Source: Planctomycetota bacterium
Lineage (GTDB): Bacteria > Planctomycetota > MHYJ01 > WSZJ01
DNA: 64,000 nucleotides
Assembly (NCBI GenBank): GCA_038060895.1
Contig: JBBTCT010000016.1
Coordinates: 47,178-111,177, forward strand
Reading direction: 5' to 3'
Part shown: positions 53,763 to 64,000 of the stretch, piece after piece
Position numbering within the stretch: position 1 is the stretch's first letter
Layout of the letters: each line of letters starts with the position of its first letter
The notes under the pieces: generated by a model
The model's database searches: none
Seen by the model: the letters and a program-made list of their open reading frames with translations, nothing else
What the model was told of the DNA's origin: nothing
Program-made: the position numbers and the translations under genes

Positions 53763-54962
53763 ATGGCGAAGGAGAACTTCAAGAGAACGAAACCCCACCT
53801 GAACGTGGGCACGATCGGCCACATCGACCATGGCAAGACGACGCTGACCGCGGCGATCACGATGGTCTGCTCGGCGGCGGGCCGCGGGAAGATCAAGTCG
53901 TACGCGGACATCGCGAAGGGCGGCACCGTGCGCGACGATTCGAAGATCGTGACGATCGCGATCTCGCACGTCGAGTACGAGTCGGAGGCGCGGCACTACG
54001 CGCACATCGACTGTCCCGGGCACGCGGACTACATCAAGAACATGATCACGGGCGCCGCGCAGATGGACGGCGCGATTCTCGTCGTGAGCGCTGCGGACGG
54101 TCCGATGCCGCAGACGAAGGAGCACGTCCTGCTCGCGCGCCAGGTCGGCGTGCCCCGGATCGTGTGTTTCCTCAACAAGGTCGACATCGTTGACGACCCC
54201 GAGCTGCTCGACCTCGTCGAGCTCGAGATTCGCGACCTGCTCACGAAGTACCAGTTCCCTGGGAACGAAATCCCGGTCGTCCGCGGCGCCGCGCTCGGGG
54301 CCATGCAGAACCCGGCCGACCCCGCCGCCAACAAGTGCATCAACGACCTCCTCAAGGCGCTCGATACCTACATCCCCGAGCCTGTCCGCGCCAAGGACAA
54401 GCCCTTCCTCATGCCCCTCGAGGACGTCTTCTCCATCAAGGGACGCGGCACGGTCGCGACCGGCCGAATCGAACGCGGCCTCGTCAAGATCAACGATGAC
54501 GTCGAGATCATCGGCTTCGGGAAAGAGAACCGGAAGTCGGTCTGCACGGGCGTGGAAATGTTCAACAAGATCCTCGACCAGGGCGAAGCGGGCGACAACG
54601 TCGGCATCCTCCTGCGCGGCGTGGAAAAGGACGAACTCGAGCGCGGCATGGTGCTGTGCAAGCCCGGCAGCGTGAAGCCGCACACGAAGTTCAAGGCCGA
54701 GGTGTACGTCCTCAAGAAAGAAGAAGGCGGCCGTCACACGCCGTTCTTCTCCGGCTATCGCCCGCAGTTCTACTTCCGCACGACCGACGTCACCGGCTCG
54801 GTGAAACTGGAACCCGGCGTGGAGATGGTCATGCCCGGCGACAACGCCCAGTTCAACATCGAACTCGGCTCGCCGATCGCCATGGAAGAACAGCAGCGTT
54901 TCGCCGTGCGTGAAGGCGGCAAGACCGTCGGCGCGGGCGTCGTGACGAAGATCCTCGAGTAA
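53763..54962 (+). CDS. tuf: Elongation factor Tu
   Basis: [35 protein letters not shown]. Confidence 0.99.
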   Translation: MAKENFKRTKPHLNVGTIGHIDHGKTTLTAAITMVCSAAGRGKIKSYADIAKGGTVRDDSKIVTIAISHVEYESEARHYAHIDCPGHADYIKNMITGAAQMDGAILVVSAADGPMPQTKEHVLLARQVGVPRIVCFLNKVDIVDDPELLDLVELEIRDLLTKYQFPGNEIPVVRGAALGAMQNPADPAANKCINDLLKALDTYIPEPVRAKDKPFLMPLEDVFSIKGRGTVATGRIERGLVKINDDVEIIGFGKENRKSVCTGVEMFNKILDQGEAGDNVGILLRGVEKDELERGMVLCKPGSVKPHTKFKAEVYVLKKEEGGRHTPFFSGYRPQFYFRTTDVTGSVKLEPGVEMVMPGDNAQFNIELGSPIAMEEQQRFAVREGGKTVGAGVVTKILE

Positions 54963-54971
54963 AGGACAACC

Positions 54972-55136
54972 ATGCCGCCGCGCGAGCCCATGTTCCTGGA
55001 ATGCACGGAGTGCGGGACGAGGTATTACCGCACGACGAAGACGACGTCCGCCCTCAAGCAGGGTCAGAAGATCGAGAAGATGAAGTTCTGCCCCAAGTGC
55101 CGTCAGCATCGGGTGCACAAGGAACGGAAGAAGTAA
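54972..55136 (+). CDS. rpmG: 50S ribosomal protein L33 (zinc-binding form)
   Basis: MPPREPMFLECTECGTRYYRTTKTTSALKQGQKIEKMKFCPKCRQHRVHKERKK; AAGGA RBS; below the ORF-track cutoff. Confidence 0.95.
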   Translation: MPPREPMFLECTECGTRYYRTTKTTSALKQGQKIEKMKFCPKCRQHRVHKERKK

Positions 55137-55141
55137 ACCAC

Positions 55142-55217
55142 AGGGCTGTAGCTCAATTGGCTGAGCAGCTGATTCCAAATCAGCCGGTTGGGGGTTCGAC
55201 TCCCTCCAGCCCTGCCA
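55142..55217 (+). tRNA. tRNA-Trp (CCA), 3' CCA encoded
   Basis: Acceptor stem AGGGCTG/CAGCCCT; anticodon arm GCTGA-TTCCAAA-TCAGC; lies before secE. Confidence 0.95.
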
Positions 55218-55281
55218 GCGAGAAACGCCCGGACGTTCCACGACGGAGTGGGCGGACCGGGCTCGAGGATCGGAAGAGGAA

Positions 55282-55770
55282 ATGGCCGACGCAGCAAAAA
55301 ACGTGGAAGTGAAGTACTTCAAGCCCGGACAAGGCACCTGGGCACGCTGGACTGCAGGCGTGCTGCTGATGCTCCTCGTGCTCTTCGGCTCACACTCCCT
55401 TTACCTGTTCCCCGGGATGAACAGGTACGTCGCCGGCGTCTCCACCGGCCGCACCTGGTGGGGGTACCAGATCCTGAAGTCGCTTCCCGGGATCAAGGAG
55501 GGCCTGACGGCGGGCCTGGTGATCTCCTCGCTGGTCTTCATCGGGGGCTGCTTCCTGGTGTACCTTTTCGTGGTCAACCACAAGCGCCTCGCCGACTTCC
55601 TGATCGACACGGAAGCGGAGATGCACCGCGTTTCCTGGCCGCAGAAGCACGAGTTCGTCGGGAGTTCGATCGTCGTGTTCGTATCGATCGCCATCATCGG
55701 AACCTTCGTCACCGTCGTCGACGTGGTCTTGCGCACATTGCTGCTCAAGACCGGACTCCTGGGGGGCTAG
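55282..55770 (+). CDS. secE: Preprotein translocase subunit SecE (long, 3 TM)
   Basis: 'DFLIDTEAEMHRVSWP' motif; synteny. Confidence 0.93.
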   Translation: MADAAKNVEVKYFKPGQGTWARWTAGVLLMLLVLFGSHSLYLFPGMNRYVAGVSTGRTWWGYQILKSLPGIKEGLTAGLVISSLVFIGGCFLVYLFVVNHKRLADFLIDTEAEMHRVSWPQKHEFVGSSIVVFVSIAIIGTFVTVVDVVLRTLLLKTGLLGG

Positions 55771-55777
55771 CGAGACC

Positions 55778-56320
55778 GTGGCGAAACAGTGGTACGTCGT
55801 GAGAGTGCAGAGCGGTCGCGAAGACAAAGTGCGCGATTCGCTGGAGCGCAGGGTGAAAGCGGCGAGCCTGGACGGCGTGATTACGCGCGTCCTGGTGCCG
55901 AGCGAGAAGGTGACGGAGATCAAGTCGGGCAAGAAGCGGGTCCGGGACCGGAAGCTGTATGCCGGCTACCTGCTGATCGAGGCGGACGCGGCGAACGGGG
56001 ACGTGCCGGAGCAGGCGTGGTATCTCGTGCGGGAAACGCCGGGTATCGGCGACTTCCTCGGTTCGAAGAAGCCGGTGCCGATGGCGCAGCACGAGGTGGA
56101 CAAGATCCTGATGACGTCGACGGCAAGCGCGGACAAGCCGAAGCTGGTGATCAATTTCGCGAAGGGCGACAGCGTCCGGATCAAGGAGGGCGCTTTCGAG
56201 AACATGGACGGGATGGTGGAAGAAGTGATTCCGGAGAAGGGGCTGGTCCGGGTGACGATCACGATTTTCGGGCGCGCAACGCCCGTCGAGCTGGAGAGCT
56301 GGCAGATCGAAAAGATCTAG
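55778..56320 (+). CDS. nusG: Transcription termination/antitermination factor NusG
   Basis: 'WYVVRVQSGREDKV', KOW motif, 'IFGRATPVEL'. Confidence 0.98.
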   Translation: MAKQWYVVRVQSGREDKVRDSLERRVKAASLDGVITRVLVPSEKVTEIKSGKKRVRDRKLYAGYLLIEADAANGDVPEQAWYLVRETPGIGDFLGSKKPVPMAQHEVDKILMTSTASADKPKLVINFAKGDSVRIKEGAFENMDGMVEEVIPEKGLVRVTITIFGRATPVELESWQIEKI

Positions 56321-56322
56321 TT

Positions 56323-56402
56323 GGTAGCAGGTAGGGGGTAGTCGGTAGTGACGGCCGCGCCAAGAGTGGCCGTTACTACTTACTACCTCCTACCCACTAC
56401 CC
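56323..56402 (+). repeat. Inverted repeat of 7-nt periodic units (GGTAGnn x4 ... CTACnnn x4) forming a long hairpin between nusG and rplK
   Basis: GGTAG at 56323/30/37/44; CTAC at 56376/83/90/97; core stem GTAGTGACGGCCGC/GTGGCCGTTACTAC. Confidence 0.85.
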
Positions 56403-56466
56403 ACTTACTGGTTGGTGCTGGGGAAGGAACTTCCCAAAGCGCACCATCCCGACAAGGAGACGTCCG

Positions 56467-56907
56467 ATGGCCAAGGAAGTAACGGCGAAGGTCAAGCTTC
56501 AGTGCCCCGGCGGGCAGGCGACGCCCGCGCCGCCCGTGGGCCCCGCGCTGGGCCAGCACGGCGTGAACATCGGCGAATTCGTGAAGAAATTCAACGACGC
56601 CACCAAGAAAGATCCGGGCACGATTTTCCCGGTCATCGTCACGGTCTACAAGGATCGCACGTTCGACTTCATTCTCAAGTCGCCTCCCGCGTCGGTGCTT
56701 CTGAAGAAGGCGGCCGGAATCGTCAAGGGCGCCGCGACGCCGAGCAAGGAGACGGTCGGGACCGTCACCTGGCAGCAGTGCAAGGACATCGCGAAAGCCA
56801 AGCTCGCCGACATCAATACCGCGGACCTCGAGATGGGCGCACGGATGGTCGCGGGAACGGCCCGTTCGATGGGCGTCAAGGTCGAGGGAATCCCGGTCAA
56901 GAAATGA
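56467..56907 (+). CDS. rplK: 50S ribosomal protein L11
   Basis: '[18 protein letters not shown]', 'GTARSMG'. Confidence 0.98.
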   Translation: MAKEVTAKVKLQCPGGQATPAPPVGPALGQHGVNIGEFVKKFNDATKKDPGTIFPVIVTVYKDRTFDFILKSPPASVLLKKAAGIVKGAATPSKETVGTVTWQQCKDIAKAKLADINTADLEMGARMVAGTARSMGVKVEGIPVKK

Positions 56908-57032
56908 ACCCGTGGGGGGCCTGAGGCCCTCCACTTCTCATCGTCGTTTTCGACTTGTCTTCGGGCGGATGCCGAGCCGCGGCCCGAGGAATGGCGACCT
57001 CTCCGGAGGAAGCGGCCCGGCAGGAGACGCGG

Positions 57033-57716
57033 ATGCAGAAACGCAGCAAACGGTATCGCAAGAACGCAGCGCTCGTCGACGCGAAGAAGCGTTACGACGT
57101 GGCCTCGGCGGTCGCCATCCTCAAGAAGTTCGAGGGGATGAAGTTCGACCAGACCGTGGACGTGTCGTTCGCACTTCTGCTCGACGTAAAGAAGGCCGAA
57201 CAGGCCATTCGAGGCGCCGTCTCGCTTCCTCACGGCATCGGCAAGTCGCGCAAGGTGGTTGTTTTCGCCGAGGGCGCGGACGCCGAAGCGGCGAAGGGCG
57301 CGGGGGCGGACGAGGTCGGGTCGGACGACCTGGCCAAGAAGGTGGAGGGCGGCTGGCTGGACTTCGACGTGGCCATCGCGGTCCCGGCCATGATGAAGAA
57401 GATCAGCCGGCTGGGAAAGGTGCTGGGCCCTCAGGGAAAGATGCCCAGCCCGAAGAACGGCACGGTGACCGAAAACGTGACGCAGGCGGTCCGCGAGTTC
57501 AAGGCCGGCAAGATCGAGTACCGGGCAGATGCGGGCGGAAACGTGATGGTCGCCGTGGGGAAGATCTCGTTCCCGCCGGAGAAACTGAAGGACAACGTGT
57601 CCTTCATCGTTGACCACATCCGGGGAGTGAAGCCGGCGGGCCTGAAGGGGAACTACTTCAGGAAGGTCGTGCTCTCAGGAACCATGACTCCGGGCATTGC
57701 CCTGGACGTTGGATAA
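57033..57716 (+). CDS. rplA: 50S ribosomal protein L1
   Basis: AGGAG RBS; 'KFDQTVD', 'LPHGIGK', '[19 protein letters not shown]'. Confidence 0.98.
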   Translation: MQKRSKRYRKNAALVDAKKRYDVASAVAILKKFEGMKFDQTVDVSFALLLDVKKAEQAIRGAVSLPHGIGKSRKVVVFAEGADAEAAKGAGADEVGSDDLAKKVEGGWLDFDVAIAVPAMMKKISRLGKVLGPQGKMPSPKNGTVTENVTQAVREFKAGKIEYRADAGGNVMVAVGKISFPPEKLKDNVSFIVDHIRGVKPAGLKGNYFRKVVLSGTMTPGIALDVG

Positions 57717-57728
57717 GGAGACCCGAAC

Positions 57729-58268
57729 ATGTCCAAGGCAATCCGCACGCGGATGATGAAAGAGGTGACGGCCCGTTACAAGGGGCCGCTCGCCGGGGTG
57801 TTCGTCGATTTTCGCGGGCTGGACGGCAAGCAGGCGGATGCGCTTCGCAAGGAACTCCGCGCCGCGAAGATCGAGGTGGACGTGCTGAAGAACTCGCTGG
57901 CGGTGAGGGCGTTCAAGGACCTGGGGGTTGCCGGGCTGGACCAGACGCTCGTCGGGATGACGGCGCTGGTTCACGGGCCGGACCCTGCGGACGTCGCTAA
58001 GAAGCTGCTGGCGTGGAAGGACAAGAACAAGAAGCTGGAGATCAAGTCGGGAATCCTCGAGAACAAGGTGCTGTCTCTGGCCGAGGTCAAGCAGCTCTCG
58101 ACGATGCCGAACCGGCTGACTCTTCTGTCGCAGATCGCGGGCCTCATCGCCGCTCCGATGAGCGACATGGCGGGCTGCCTGAACGCGCTTCTGCAGAACA
58201 CGGCCGGGCTGTTGCTGGCGCTTGAGGAAAAGAAATCAAAGGAGGGCGGCGCGCCGACCCAGGCGTAG
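57729..58268 (+). CDS. rplJ: 50S ribosomal protein L10
   Basis: 'VDFRGL...LRKELR...VLKNSL'; synteny. Confidence 0.96.
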   Translation: MSKAIRTRMMKEVTARYKGPLAGVFVDFRGLDGKQADALRKELRAAKIEVDVLKNSLAVRAFKDLGVAGLDQTLVGMTALVHGPDPADVAKKLLAWKDKNKKLEIKSGILENKVLSLAEVKQLSTMPNRLTLLSQIAGLIAAPMSDMAGCLNALLQNTAGLLLALEEKKSKEGGAPTQA

Positions 58269-58318
58269 CGCTCTCGGACAACATTCAAAAACCTGTCGTT
58301 TCACTGAGGAGAACTGAG

Positions 58319-58756
58319 ATGGGCGACGTCGCCGGAGTGATGAACGGAGTGAAGGGTCTGTCGGACGAGGAGCGGAGCCAGGTGGTGCTGGAGACGATTG
58401 CCAGCGGTTCGGTCATCTGGCTTTCGAACCTCAAGAAGCAGTTCGAGACGAAGTTCGGGGTGACGGCGGCGGTGGCGGCGGCGCCCGCGGCGGCAGGGCC
58501 TGCGGGCCCGGCGGCGGCGGCGGTTGCTGAAGCGCCGACCTCGTTTGACGTCATTCTGGAGCCGAGCACGCCGGACAAGAAGATCGGCGTGATCAAGTGC
58601 GTCCGGACGATGACGGACCTCGGGCTGAAGGAAGCGAAGCAGCTCGTGGACGAGGCGCCCAAGACGCTCAAGACGGGCCTCTCGAAGGAAGACGCCGAGA
58701 AGATCAAGAAGGAGATCGAGGCGGCGGGCGGGTCGTGCAAGATCAAGGGTAGCTAG
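58319..58756 (+). CDS. rplL: 50S ribosomal protein L7/L12
   Basis: 'KFGVTAA', Ala/Pro hinge, 'KKIGVIK.VR..T.LGLKEAK.LV'. Confidence 0.97.
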   Translation: MGDVAGVMNGVKGLSDEERSQVVLETIASGSVIWLSNLKKQFETKFGVTAAVAAAPAAAGPAGPAAAAVAEAPTSFDVILEPSTPDKKIGVIKCVRTMTDLGLKEAKQLVDEAPKTLKTGLSKEDAEKIKKEIEAAGGSCKIKGS

Positions 58757-58764
58757 GAATTCCG

Positions 58765-58803
58765 GCGCGCCGGGGCGGCAAGCCGTCCCGGTGCGCTGTT
58801 TTT
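58765..58803 (+). terminator. Intrinsic terminator/attenuator between rplL and rpoB
   Basis: GCGCGCCGGGGCGGC-AA-GCCGTCCCGGTGCGC stem followed by TGTTTTT. Confidence 0.8.
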
Positions 58804-58949
58804 CGTCGCGAAGACCTGCCGTGGAGCCGGCGTGGTCCCTGCCATCAAGGCGGGGGAAGCCGGAGTAGGCGGGCGCTCGCCGCGATCGTCGGTGACGGCG
58901 TTGCTGCACGTAAGAGACTGCGGTACCCGTGTCTCTCTAGGGAGCCCTC

Positions 58950-64000
<5,051 letters not shown>

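Noticed and set aside
55155-55166. tRNA-Trp D-loop ends in T where A21 is usual
   Set aside because: A single-base deviation in an otherwise canonical tRNA with a CCA anticodon; no evidence that it is a suppressor, and it could be a lineage variant or sequencing error
56912-56934. Hairpin between rplK and rplA as an L1 autoregulatory site
   Set aside because: The position fits, but the stem is continuous and lacks the asymmetric internal loop expected of an L1-binding site; it cannot be supported without a covariance model

Overview
GC-rich bacterial chromosomal window, most likely Planctomycetota. This is inferred from the EF-Tu segment '[14 protein letters not shown]', the RpoC N-terminus 'YDRINDY', a long multi-TM SecE, ECF sigma factors with long C-terminal extensions and a large kinase/beta-propeller fusion. 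The right end (53.6-64 kb) is the core tRNA-Thr-tuf-rpmG-tRNA-Trp-secE-nusG-rplKAJL-rpoB-rpoC cluster. The remainder is accessory. It holds a frameshifted ECF sigma relic, a lipoprotein, rarD, a radical SAM pair and a tandem array of three ECF sigma-TM-unknown domain(-PDZ) fusion genes, the third of them broken. It also holds a sigma54-controlled sulfur module (PAS-AAA+ activator, persulfide dioxygenase-rhodanese, two YeeE/YedE halves), ettA, ppa, a 1670-aa Ser/Thr kinase, a Tat-exported intradiol dioxygenase, xylA-orf-xylB, an adenylate cyclase-AAA-TPR protein, initiator tRNA, a Gld-like ABC operon and corA. Main observations not explained by the ORF track: (1) an unannotated small membrane ORF ends the sulfur operon, with a strong RBS, an in-frame UGA in a U-x4-C context and a SECIS-like hairpin, i.e. 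a candidate selenoprotein; (2) the ECF fusion array shares an unrecognised extracytoplasmic domain and an upstream motif; (3) eight genes have an exact TAnnnT-N6-start layout, suggesting leaderless mRNAs; (4) several intergenic inverted repeats are built from 6-, 7- or 9-nt periodic units; (5) a palindromic repeat has expanded in-frame into a TPR gene; (6) one gene probably starts at CUG. All family assignments come from motif recognition by eye; no database searches were run.
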